32,462 nt of DNA. Source: a virus. Its lineage: Duplodnaviria; Caudoviricetes. The notes below the pieces were generated by a model. The model did not search any database, was not told where the DNA came from, and worked only from the letters and a program-made list of their open reading frames with translations. How positions within the stretch are numbered: the first letter of the stretch is position 1; every line of letters begins with the position of its first letter. Shown here piece after piece: positions 6,996 through 15,343 of the stretch. The position numbers were made by a program, and so were the translations under genes. The stretch covers positions 1 to 32,462 of the IMG/VR virus record IMGVR_UViG_3300049172_000054. One strand, written 5' to 3'.

Positions 6996-7306
6996 TGTCC
7001 AGCCAAGGCCGGCGCGCAACGCCGCTGCCGAAGGGTTGGGCGCGCATCCGGCAGCGCATCCTTCGGCGGGATGGCTGGCGCTGCCAGTGGCCGCTCTCGA
7101 CCGGCTCCCCGTGCGGGGAGCCGGCCAACCAGGTGGACCACAAGGTGGGCGCCGCGCAGGGCGTGGACGACCACAGCGACGAGAACCTGTGGGCCCTGTG
7201 CCAGTGGCACCATGATCAGAAGACGGGGCGCGAGGCGTCGGCCGTAGCCCACGCCAAGCCGCCTAAGGCTCGGCCGGCTGAGGCGCACCCGGGCTTGGTC
7301 AACTGA
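6995..7306 (+). CDS. Terminase-associated HNH endonuclease (HK97 gp74-like)
   Basis: LP.GW..IR..IL.RDG..CQ...C...A.QVDH...DDHS..NL..LC.WHH..KT. ATG 6995 overlaps the upstream TGA. Its position just before the candidate cos site and terminase is typical. Confidence 0.88.
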   Translation: MSSQGRRATPLPKGWARIRQRILRRDGWRCQWPLSTGSPCGEPANQVDHKVGAAQGVDDHSDENLWALCQWHHDQKTGREASAVAHAKPPKARPAEAHPGLVN

Positions 7307-7339
7307 CCAGCCGTCCCGGCGAGCAGGCCGACCGTGATC

Positions 7340-7430
7340 ACCCTGGGGGACCCCTCCAAGATCATCGAAATCCCCGGATCGGGCACGTTAGCTTGGCGCG
7401 GTGCGCGTGACTCTGGGGATTCAATGATCA
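7340..7430. other. Candidate cos/packaging initiation site
   Basis: Non-coding gap between the packaging HNH and terminase genes. It has GGGGGACCCCTCC and an ~18-bp imperfect inverted repeat (7360-7378 / 7412-7429) around a core containing CGGGCACGTTAGC. By eye the sequence switches from C-rich to G-rich here. Confidence 0.55.
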
Positions 7431-7552
7431 AGCCCTGACCTGCGGTTATGTCGATCGGCTGGTTCGGTGTCCGCGCTCGGGCCATCGGTTGACTACTGTC
7501 ACGAGACTGCATCAGTGCAGGTCAGAGTACAGATTGCCGTCACGCACCCCGC

Positions 7553-7564
7553 TATCCTGGTCTC
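7553..7564 (+). promoter_or_regulatory. Putative -10 element of a leaderless promoter
   Basis: TATCCT (TAnnnT) at 7553-7558 lies 6 nt before ATG 7565, and there is no SD sequence. Confidence 0.5.
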
Positions 7565-8167
7565 ATGAAGACGAAGCGCTGCGAGAAGTGCCGAGACCCG
7601 CTGGGTGCCCGGCATGCTCACAACGCGCGGTTCTGCTCCGGCCGTTGCCGCATGGCTGCTCACCGGGAAGCCCGTCGGCAGGCCGATCCACTGCCATCGG
7701 CCATGACGCGCCGGCGACAGTGGGTTCGCCGGACGGACCGGAAGGTGCCCCTGTCGGTCGTCGGCTCCAAGGTGCGGCCGGCCTCGTCAACGGACCCTGA
7801 GACGTGGGCGAGTTACAGCGCGGTCAGCCGCTCGACAGCAGGCGTGGGCGTCGGGTTCGTCCTGAGTAACGTGGACCGGCTGGCGTGTATCGACCTCGAT
7901 CACGCGCTGTTGGACGGCGAGTTGCGGCCTTGGGCTCGAAGGATCGTTGAGCGGCTTCCCCGGACGTATATCGAGATCTCTCCGTCCGGGACAGGTCTGC
8001 ACGTCTGGGGCTTCGGCACCGTAGGCCAAGGGCGGCGCATCCGTAGGGGCGATTCATCCATCGAGGTGTACGACCGTGGCCGCTACATCACGGTGACCTG
8101 TGAGCCCTTCGAGAACGCCCCGCCGCGGCTTGCGGACTTGACTCGGGTGATCGCCGACTTGCTGTGA
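7565..8167 (+). CDS. Stand-alone primase-polymerase (AEP/PrimPol) domain protein with N-terminal zinc finger
   Basis: CEKC...FCSGRCR finger, then W....KVP, ASSTDPETW, GVGFVL, CIDLDH (DxD), TYIEISPSGTGLHVW (SxH-like motif II) and IEVY..GRYITVT. Confidence 0.85.
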   Translation: MKTKRCEKCRDPLGARHAHNARFCSGRCRMAAHREARRQADPLPSAMTRRRQWVRRTDRKVPLSVVGSKVRPASSTDPETWASYSAVSRSTAGVGVGFVLSNVDRLACIDLDHALLDGELRPWARRIVERLPRTYIEISPSGTGLHVWGFGTVGQGRRIRRGDSSIEVYDRGRYITVTCEPFENAPPRLADLTRVIADLL

Positions 8168-8180
8168 GGGGGTGCCCCTG

Positions 8181-8639
8181 ATGGGTGGCCGTGGAATGGC
8201 TCCGAAGGCGACGCGCTCCCGGGCCCGGGATGCACGGGCTCGCGACGCCGAACTGAACCGGGTCGAGGACGACGGCGAGGTCCGCGGCCCTGATCTGCCG
8301 GAGGGCGTGTTGCCCGACCAGGAGTCGTGGCATCCGCGGACGGTGCAGTGGTGGGAGACGTGGCGGCGCTCGGCGCAGGCTCAGGTCTTCATCGATACCG
8401 ACTGGGACTTTCTCCTCGACACGGCGCTGCTGCACCACGTGATGTGGACCAAGGGGCGTTGGGAATTCGCCTCTGAGGTTCGCCTGCGGGCCGCCAAGTA
8501 CGGGGCGACTCCGGAGGATCGGATGCGTCTGAAGCTGAAGATTGAGACGCCGGCGGACAAGCAGGCCCCGGCGGAGACGCCGCGATCGGCGTCGGACCGG
8601 CGGAAGAATCTGCGGATCGTTTCGGAGGATGCCGTGTAG
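8181..8639 (+). CDS. terS: Terminase small subunit
   Basis: MGGRG.APK, WHP.T..WW..W..S.QA.....TDW..LLDTALLH, E.RLR.AK.GATPEDR.RL, the actinophage terS pattern. Directly upstream of terL. Confidence 0.88.
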   Translation: MGGRGMAPKATRSRARDARARDAELNRVEDDGEVRGPDLPEGVLPDQESWHPRTVQWWETWRRSAQAQVFIDTDWDFLLDTALLHHVMWTKGRWEFASEVRLRAAKYGATPEDRMRLKLKIETPADKQAPAETPRSASDRRKNLRIVSEDAV

Positions 8640-8647
8640 GGGGTGCC

Positions 8648-10297
8648 ATGCCGTGGCGCGGACCCCGATACGACGGCGAGTTCCCTTCTCTCGGGCACCT
8701 CATTGTGGAGCACATCGAGGAGTTCCTCTGCCATGGGCCTGGCGACGTGGTGGGCGAGCCGATCGAGTTGGACGACGAGTTCTACGCGTTCATCGTCAAG
8801 GCCTACCGCATCGACCCGGAGACGGGGCGGCGCATGTACCGGCGGGCTTTCCTGTCGCGAGCAAAGGGGCGGGCCAAGTCTGAGATCGCCGGGATGCTGG
8901 TTTGCTCCGAGGCTCTGTTCCCCGTGCGCTTTGACGGCTGGGATGCGAACGGGGAGCCGGTCGGCCGACCGGTGAAGTCGCCTTTCATTCGCTGCTTGGC
9001 CACCGAGGAGGGACAGTCCGGCAACACCTACGACAACGTCTCCACGATGCTGGAGTACCTGATCGAGCATCACGGCGACGATTTCCCCGGCATCGACATC
9101 GGCAAGTCGGCTCAGTCGTCGAGCCGGATCATTCTCCACCACCAGCGCGGTGAGATCACTCCGTCGACAGCGTCGTCGGCGGCGAAGGACGGCGGCAAGG
9201 AGACTTTCGCGGTCTTCGACGAGACCCACCTGTACGTGCTGCCGGAGCTGCGGCGAATGCACGGCACGGTGCGCCGGAACCTGCGCAAGCGCAAGGAAGC
9301 CGAGCCCTGGTGCCTTGAGACGTCGACGATGTACGAGCCGGGCCAGGACTCGGTGGCGGAGGCCACGCACACCTACTTCAAAGCCATCAAGGAAGGGCGA
9401 GTACGCGACGCGGACGCTGCTGGGCTGCTGTTCGATCACCGGCAGGCTGCCGACGGTGTTGACCTCTCCGACCGCGATGCTCTGCTGGCGGGCCTCAAGG
9501 AGGCTTACGGCCCGGCGGCTGCCTGGATGGATCTGGATGGCATCATCGCGGAGATCTGGGATCCGCAGTCGGCACCTTCGGATTCGCGCCGGTACTGGCT
9601 GAACCAGCCGGTAGCGGCAGAGGACGCCTTGCTGGATCCGGGCGAGTGGGCGAAGTGCATTTCGGAGGAACGCCTGCAAGACGGTGACGAGATCGCGCTC
9701 GGCTTCGACGGCGGCAAGACCGATGACGCGACCGCGTTGTTGGCCATGCGTATCTCGGACCGTCTCGTGCAGCCGATCGGGATCTGGGAACGCCCGGAAG
9801 GCCCGCTGGGGAAGAACTGGGAAGTCGACCGCAAGCAGGTGTCTGATCTGGTGGCGCACGCGTTCGGCCGATACCAGGTTCGGGCATTCTTCGCGGACGT
9901 CAAGCTGTGGGAGTCGTACATCGACGAGTGGGGCGAGACGTATCGGGACGAGCTCGTGGTGAAAGCGTCCGCCAGGTCGGCGATCGGTTACGACATGCGC
10001 GGGCACCAGCAGGAGCTGACGAAGGCGACCGAGGCCCTGGTGCAGGCAATCATCGACCGCAAGATTTTGCACACCGGCGATCCCGTGCTGACGCGGCATG
10101 TGGGGAACGCGCGGCGGCGACCCAACAGGTGGGGAGTTTCGTTCGGCAAGGAGTCGCGTGAGTCGCCGAAGAAGGTCGACGGCTTTGCGGGCATGCAGTT
10201 GGCGGACATGGCCCGGCGGGCGCTTCTCGCTTCCCCGGACTGGGCCAAACGGCAGAAGAAGCGAAAGCGCACGGGCAGAGTTCACGGGTTCGCGTAG
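8648..10297 (+). CDS. terL: Terminase large subunit
   Basis: Walker A RAKGRAKSE, Walker B FAVFDETH, motif III ETST, RNase H-like GFDG..TDDATA and KVDG; 549 aa. Confidence 0.96.
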   Translation: MPWRGPRYDGEFPSLGHLIVEHIEEFLCHGPGDVVGEPIELDDEFYAFIVKAYRIDPETGRRMYRRAFLSRAKGRAKSEIAGMLVCSEALFPVRFDGWDANGEPVGRPVKSPFIRCLATEEGQSGNTYDNVSTMLEYLIEHHGDDFPGIDIGKSAQSSSRIILHHQRGEITPSTASSAAKDGGKETFAVFDETHLYVLPELRRMHGTVRRNLRKRKEAEPWCLETSTMYEPGQDSVAEATHTYFKAIKEGRVRDADAAGLLFDHRQAADGVDLSDRDALLAGLKEAYGPAAAWMDLDGIIAEIWDPQSAPSDSRRYWLNQPVAAEDALLDPGEWAKCISEERLQDGDEIALGFDGGKTDDATALLAMRISDRLVQPIGIWERPEGPLGKNWEVDRKQVSDLVAHAFGRYQVRAFFADVKLWESYIDEWGETYRDELVVKASARSAIGYDMRGHQQELTKATEALVQAIIDRKILHTGDPVLTRHVGNARRRPNRWGVSFGKESRESPKKVDGFAGMQLADMARRALLASPDWAKRQKKRKRTGRVHGFA

Positions 10298-10312
10298 GGA
10301 GGTGGGCGGCGC

Positions 10313-11707
10313 GTGGAGCTGATGGGCGAGGATGCGGCGGTTTCGATGGCGCGGCGCCTGCTGAAGCTGCGGGATTCGGAACAAGAGCGTCTGAACAAGA
10401 TTCAGCGCTACATGTGCGGCAAGCACGACAGCGTCTACGTTCCGAAGGGTGCGCGGGCGGAGTACCGGTGGCTGATCGAGCGGGCGCGGGTGAACATCCT
10501 GCCGCTGGTGGTCACGGTGGTCGCGCAGAACATGTACGTGGACGGCTACCGGCCGGCTGGCGGCGACGAGAACGCGGCGCCGTGGACGGTGTGGCAGGCG
10601 AACCGGATGGATGCCCGGCAGCACGGCATTCACCGATCGGTGCTCACCTACGGGGCCGCGTATGCGGTGGTGATGCCGGGCAAGCCAGTCCCCGTGATCA
10701 CGCCTTTCTCTCCGCGGCGCATGACGGCCTTGTATGCGGATCCCGTGAATGACGAGTGGCCGATCTTTGCGGTGGAGGACCGTCTGGAGAACACCGCGAA
10801 GGGGCAGCGGCGTGTGGTGCGGGTGTACGACGATCGGGCTCGGTACACGCTGGTGGGGGCTGCGGACGGCTCGCAGTTGGCGCCGGACGGCGAACAGTGG
10901 GCGATGAGCCACAACCTCGGGGTGTGCCCGGTGGTGCGGTACGTCAACACCGCGGACCTCGACGGCGACGGCGTGGTCGGCGAGGTTGAGCCGCTGATCG
11001 ACACGCAGGATCAGTTGAACATGACCACGTTCAACCTGCTGATGGCGCAGCAGTATGCGGCGTTCCGCCAACGCTGGGTGACGGGTATGGCGCCCCCGTT
11101 GGACGAGCAGGGCAATCCGATGGAGCCGTTCCGGTCCAGGGTGGACGGCCTGTTCGTCGCCGAGGACGTGGACACGAAGTTCGGCGAGTTCGGGGCCACC
11201 GACCTGAAGGGCTACTTGGATTCCCGGGAGGCGACGATCCGGCACGTCGCCACCCTGTCGCAGGTTCCCCCCTACCACCTACTCGGACAGATGGTGAACC
11301 TTTCCGCAGAGGCCCTGGCTGCAGCCCGCGACGGCTTGGACCGCAAGACGGACGAGCGCGAGTCGCTGTGCGGCGAGGGGCACGAGCAGATGCTCCGCCT
11401 CGTCGGCTTGGCCTCAGGCGACACTGTCGCTTGGGAGGACACGGCGGCCCAGGTTGTGTGGCGGGACACGTCGGCCCGTTCGCTGGCGCAGACGGTGGAT
11501 GCACTGGGCAAGCTGGTGACGATGCTCGGGGTTCCGCCGCAGGAGCTGTGGGAGAAGATCCCCGGGGTCACACAGACCGACGTGGAGCGGTGGAAGACCG
11601 CCGCCTCCGAAGGTGATGCCATGAACCGGCTGAACGGCATCATCGAGAAGCAGATGCAGCCTCCGCCCGACCCGCAGATGCCGGCCGAGTCGCCTGCGGC
11701 GGCGTGA
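10313..11707 (+). CDS. Portal protein (SPP1 gp6-like)
   Basis: Follows terL; ~464 aa. W..WQAN.MDARQ, HNLG.CPVV, GEVEPLI..QD..N, AFRQRW.TG, NLSAEAL, V.WRD. ATG 10322 is an alternative start. Confidence 0.95.
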   Translation: MELMGEDAAVSMARRLLKLRDSEQERLNKIQRYMCGKHDSVYVPKGARAEYRWLIERARVNILPLVVTVVAQNMYVDGYRPAGGDENAAPWTVWQANRMDARQHGIHRSVLTYGAAYAVVMPGKPVPVITPFSPRRMTALYADPVNDEWPIFAVEDRLENTAKGQRRVVRVYDDRARYTLVGAADGSQLAPDGEQWAMSHNLGVCPVVRYVNTADLDGDGVVGEVEPLIDTQDQLNMTTFNLLMAQQYAAFRQRWVTGMAPPLDEQGNPMEPFRSRVDGLFVAEDVDTKFGEFGATDLKGYLDSREATIRHVATLSQVPPYHLLGQMVNLSAEALAAARDGLDRKTDERESLCGEGHEQMLRLVGLASGDTVAWEDTAAQVVWRDTSARSLAQTVDALGKLVTMLGVPPQELWEKIPGVTQTDVERWKTAASEGDAMNRLNGIIEKQMQPPPDPQMPAESPAAA

Positions 11708-11708
11708 C

Positions 11709-12488
11709 GTGGCCGCCCGACCGCAGTCTGCGCAGCGATTTCGCCGGGTGCAGGCGCTGCTGGTTGCCCAGATGACTCAGCAGGTACTGCGTGTGTGGCG
11801 GGAGTTGATGAATCCGGCGAAGGTGGATGCGTCGTGGCCGGCCGTGCGGTCCGCTCTGATGCCGATCGTGCAGCAGGCTCGTGAGCAGTCCGCCGTCCTG
11901 GCGCAGGCAGCGTATCGGGAGGCTCGCGAGAATGCGGGTGTCGCGGGTGACGGGTTTGAGCCTTCCGACCCTCTTCCGCTGGCGATCAAACGCCTGGAAT
12001 CGACTCTGGACGTGACGGGGCCGGTGGAGTTCAAGAATGCGATCGCCGCCGGCAAGAATCCTCAGCAGGCGATGGATGCCGCCGCGGTGCGCATGGTGGG
12101 CTCCACTCAGTATCTCGCCCTTGAGGGCGCCCGGTCGGTCATGAAGGAGTCCATCGAAGCCGACGAGCGGGCGACGGGCTGGGCGCGGGTCACCGACAAC
12201 GATCCCTGCTACTGGTGCGCCATGCTGGCCTCCCGCGGGCCGGTCTACAAGTCGGCGAAGACGGCCGGTGATCCGCGTCAGGGTGGCGACCGGTACCACG
12301 ACGCGTGCGCGTGCCAAGCGTGGCCAGCCTTCAGCCTTGACGAACCCTTCATCGGCATCGCCGAGAAGCTCTATGACGACTGGCTGCGGGAGACGCGAGG
12401 CCGCGGCGGCAAGCACGCCGTCAACGCGTTCCGCCGCTGGTGGGAGTCGGAGGGGCGCGCCGCCTACACGGCACCAGACCGCCCCTGA
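11709..12488 (+). CDS. Capsid maturation/minor head protein (MuF/VG15-like)
   Basis: Lies between portal and scaffold; GWARV....PC.WCAMLASRG.VY and YHD.C.C motifs. Confidence 0.82.
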   Translation: MAARPQSAQRFRRVQALLVAQMTQQVLRVWRELMNPAKVDASWPAVRSALMPIVQQAREQSAVLAQAAYREARENAGVAGDGFEPSDPLPLAIKRLESTLDVTGPVEFKNAIAAGKNPQQAMDAAAVRMVGSTQYLALEGARSVMKESIEADERATGWARVTDNDPCYWCAMLASRGPVYKSAKTAGDPRQGGDRYHDACACQAWPAFSLDEPFIGIAEKLYDDWLRETRGRGGKHAVNAFRRWWESEGRAAYTAPDRP

Positions 12489-12497
12489 CTCCCGAAT

Positions 12498-12608
12498 CGG
12501 CACCCCTTCGGTGCCGTTCAGCTCCAACGAGGCGCCCGCCGGCATGGCTGGCGCCTTTCGCATGCCCGCCCCGCGTCTGCCGACATGGCGGCGCACCCGA
12601 CATGGGAG
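12498..12608 (+). promoter_or_regulatory. Structured leader of the scaffold gene with three CC-G(A/G)CAT-GG stem-loops
   Basis: GCC-GGCAT-GGC 12538-12548, GCC-GACAT-GGC 12579-12589 and CCC-GACAT-GGG 12596-12606; the last overlaps the RBS GGGAG. An extra hairpin lies at 12498-12516. Confidence 0.55.
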
Positions 12609-12615
12609 TCCATTC

Positions 12616-13251
12616 ATGGCCGAGAACACTTCGGAGACCGTCGGCGGCATGCCGGCTGTCCCGACCCCCGCCGAAGCTGTTGCCGCGGGTCAGATCCCCG
12701 CGCAGACCCCGACCCCGCCGTCTCAGCAGGCTGCTCCCAGGCCGCAGGCCAACGGGGAGCCGAAGCTGGAGGCCACGGACTGGGAGTCCGAGGCGACAAA
12801 GTGGAAGGCGCTGTCCCGGCAGCACGAGAACAAGCACCTGGCCGCCCTCGGCTTCAAGTCGAAGGACGAGATCGACCAGCTGCGCGCGACCGCACAGAGG
12901 TACCAGGAGTTCGAGGACGCGCAGAAGTCGGAGCTCCAGCGGGCCAACGAGCGAGCGCAGAGCGTCGAACAGAAGCTCGCGGACCTGCAGTCGACGAATG
13001 CCCGCCTCATGGCCGCGGCCACGCACAACATCCCGCCGGACCTGATCGACCTTCTCGGCTCCGGCAGCGACGAGGAGATCAACGCACGCGCTGAGGTGCT
13101 CGCCGAACGTCTCAAGGCCACGGCGCCTCCCCCTGCCGCCACGCAACACCGGCCCGTGGAGTCGCTGACCCCGGGCGCGGCCACCGCTTCCGGATCCGCC
13201 GAGGCGACTCCCGACCAGTGGATTCGCCGGATGGCCGGCCGCACCCCCTGA
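12616..13251 (+). CDS. Capsid scaffolding protein
   Basis: Pro/Ala-rich N-terminus, DW..EA.KWKALSR.HE, coiled coil with KSELQRA.ER, L.G..DEEI.A.A..L. Immediately upstream of the capsid gene; RBS GGGAG sets ATG 12616. Confidence 0.9.
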   Translation: MAENTSETVGGMPAVPTPAEAVAAGQIPAQTPTPPSQQAAPRPQANGEPKLEATDWESEATKWKALSRQHENKHLAALGFKSKDEIDQLRATAQRYQEFEDAQKSELQRANERAQSVEQKLADLQSTNARLMAAATHNIPPDLIDLLGSGSDEEINARAEVLAERLKATAPPPAATQHRPVESLTPGAATASGSAEATPDQWIRRMAGRTP

Positions 13252-13322
13252 CCTGAATCTCACCGCAGCACCGGGATCACCCGCACGGGGCCGGGGTCGC
13301 TGCATTTCCGAAAGGAGACCCC

Positions 13323-14273
13323 GTGCCTACCTACAACTCGCTCATCAGCCGGGACGCCAGCAACGACCCGCTCGTCCCGGAGCCCGTCTCTGCCGAGATC
13401 ATTCAGGAGCTCCCGGCACAGTCGGCGCTTCTGCAGCGGGCCAAGAAGGTCCCGATGTCGAGCAAGACGCAGCGGCAGCCGGTCCTGGACGTCATGCCGC
13501 TCGCCTACTTCGTGGGCGGTGACACGGGCCTGAAGCAGACCACGGCGCAGGACTGGAAGAACGTCGACCTGGTCGCCGAGGAGATCGCGGCGATCGTTCC
13601 GATCCCCGAGGCGTACCTGGACGACGCCCAGATGCCCATCTGGGAGCAGGTCCGGCCGCGGCTCGTCGAGGCCATCGGCGCCAAGCTCGACGGCGCTGGC
13701 CTCTTCGGCATCGACAAGCCGTCCACGTGGCCGGCTGCGGTCTACCAGTCCGCGGTAGCGGCCGGCAACGCCGTTATCTCCGGCACCGGAGACGACTTCG
13801 CCGTCGACGTCGCCGAAGCCGCCGGTAAGGTCGCCGCCGACGGGTTTGCCGTCAACGGGTTCATCAGCCGGCCGGGCCTGACGTGGAAGCTGAACACGAT
13901 GCGGACCACCGAAGGTGTGCCGATCTACCAGCCCAACCTGCAGGGGCAGCTCGGCGGGACGCTGTACGGCTACCCGATGTCCGAACTCACCAACGGTGCC
14001 TGGGACCTGTCCGAGGCTGAGCTGCTGATGGGCGACTGGTCGAAGGCGATCGTCGGCGTCCGCCAGGACATCAGCTTCAAGCTGTTCACCGAGGGCGTCA
14101 TCTCCGACGACGACGGCAAGGTCATCCTGAACCTGATGCAGCAGGACTCGGTCGCGATGCGAGTCGTCATGCGCGTGGCCTTCGCCACGGCCAACCCGGC
14201 GACCCGACTCAACAGCAACTCGGCGACTCGGAGCCCCTTCGGCGTCGTCCAGGCGACGACCGCCGCGTCCTGA
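13323..14273 (+). CDS. Major capsid protein (HK97 fold)
   Basis: 316 aa. LVPE.VS.EII, L.AEEIA.IVPIPE..LDDA, GDWS....GVRQDI, NLMQQD.VA.R..MR. Strong RBS AAAGGAG. Confidence 0.95.
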   Translation: MPTYNSLISRDASNDPLVPEPVSAEIIQELPAQSALLQRAKKVPMSSKTQRQPVLDVMPLAYFVGGDTGLKQTTAQDWKNVDLVAEEIAAIVPIPEAYLDDAQMPIWEQVRPRLVEAIGAKLDGAGLFGIDKPSTWPAAVYQSAVAAGNAVISGTGDDFAVDVAEAAGKVAADGFAVNGFISRPGLTWKLNTMRTTEGVPIYQPNLQGQLGGTLYGYPMSELTNGAWDLSEAELLMGDWSKAIVGVRQDISFKLFTEGVISDDDGKVILNLMQQDSVAMRVVMRVAFATANPATRLNSNSATRSPFGVVQATTAAS

Positions 14274-14280
14274 CGCGCCC

Positions 14281-14308
14281 GGCCGGCAGTTCATGCGGGC
14301 TGCCGGCC
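14281..14308 (+). terminator. GC-rich hairpin after the major capsid gene (terminator or mRNA-stabilising element)
   Basis: GGCCGGCAGTTC-ATGC-GGGCTGCCGGCC, a 12-bp stem with G-U pairs and no U tract. Confidence 0.5.
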
Positions 14309-14329
14309 TCTGGGAGATCGGAGTTCCTG

Positions 14330-15343
14330 TTGCGCGTTCTGGCGATGCTGCACGCCTACCCTCCAGGCCACAATGCGGGAGCAGAGTGGGCGGCGCACAG
14401 CCTGCTGCGGGAGCTGGTGGCGCGCGGGCATGAGGTGGATGTTCTTCTGTCGGATCCGCGATCGGCGGATGCCAGCTACGCGATCGACGGCGTCTCCGTG
14501 CACCCGTACCGGGATAAGGCGGATCCGTCGCGGTGGATGCGAGGCGAAAGCCGCGCGCACGTGGTGGTGACGCATCTGGAGAACACAGCCAGGGCGTCGG
14601 TCCTGGGCGAGCTGAACCGGATCCCCGTCGTGCACCTGCTACACAACACCTTCGAGAAGTCCAAGTCCTGGTTGGTGAAGGGCTCACCGTCGCTGGTGGT
14701 CTACAACACGGCGTGGATGAAGGCGGACGCGGAAAGCTGGTGGCGATTCAACCGCGGTGACCGGCCGATGCCGCGGGGCATCACGGTTCATCCCCCGGTT
14801 TCCGCCACGGACTACCAGGCCTCGCCGGGTGACCGCATCACTTTGATCAACCTGACGGAGGAGAAGGGCGCCAAGGTCTTTTACGCGCTCGCCCAGCGGA
14901 TGCCACGCCGCAAGTTCCTCGGGGTGATCGGCGGCTACGGGGCCCAGATTGTGCGCGAGGATCTCCCGAACGTGGAGATCGTGCCGCACACGCCAGGAGA
15001 CCGGATGGCGAAGGACGTGTACGCGAGAACGCGGGTCCTGCTGGCGCCGTCCGTGTACGAGTCCTACGGACGCGTCGCTGTCGAGGCCATGTGCTCCGGC
15101 ATCCCGGTCGTCGCTCACCCGACCCCGGGCCTCATGGAATCGCTGGGCGACGCCGGGATGTTCGCGGCCCGCGACGATCTGGATGCCTGGGAAGCGGCGG
15201 TGAGACGCCTGTTTTCCCCGAAGGTGTACCCGAAGGCCTCCAAGGCCGCCGCGGCGCGGGCCGCCGAGCTCGACCCGAAGCCGGAACTCGACCTGTGGTG
15301 CGAGGCGATGGAGGGGGTGGCGCGACGTGGATTCCCTCGCTGA
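14330..15343 (+). CDS. Glycosyltransferase family 4 (GT-B), paralog A
   Basis: MRVL....YPP....GAE....L.R.L..RGHEV.V, KG motif, and PS.YESYGRVAVEAM.SGIPVV (EX7E signature). TTG start after GGAG. Confidence 0.93.
   Translation: MRVLAMLHAYPPGHNAGAEWAAHSLLRELVARGHEVDVLLSDPRSADASYAIDGVSVHPYRDKADPSRWMRGESRAHVVVTHLENTARASVLGELNRIPVVHLLHNTFEKSKSWLVKGSPSLVVYNTAWMKADAESWWRFNRGDRPMPRGITVHPPVSATDYQASPGDRITLINLTEEKGAKVFYALAQRMPRRKFLGVIGGYGAQIVREDLPNVEIVPHTPGDRMAKDVYARTRVLLAPSVYESYGRVAVEAMCSGIPVVAHPTPGLMESLGDAGMFAARDDLDAWEAAVRRLFSPKVYPKASKAAAARAAELDPKPELDLWCEAMEGVARRGFPR

Noticed and set aside
8381-11278. 965-aa minus-strand ORF
   Set aside because: Antisense shadow of terS/terL/portal caused by high-GC codon bias; His/Arg/Val-rich with no motifs.
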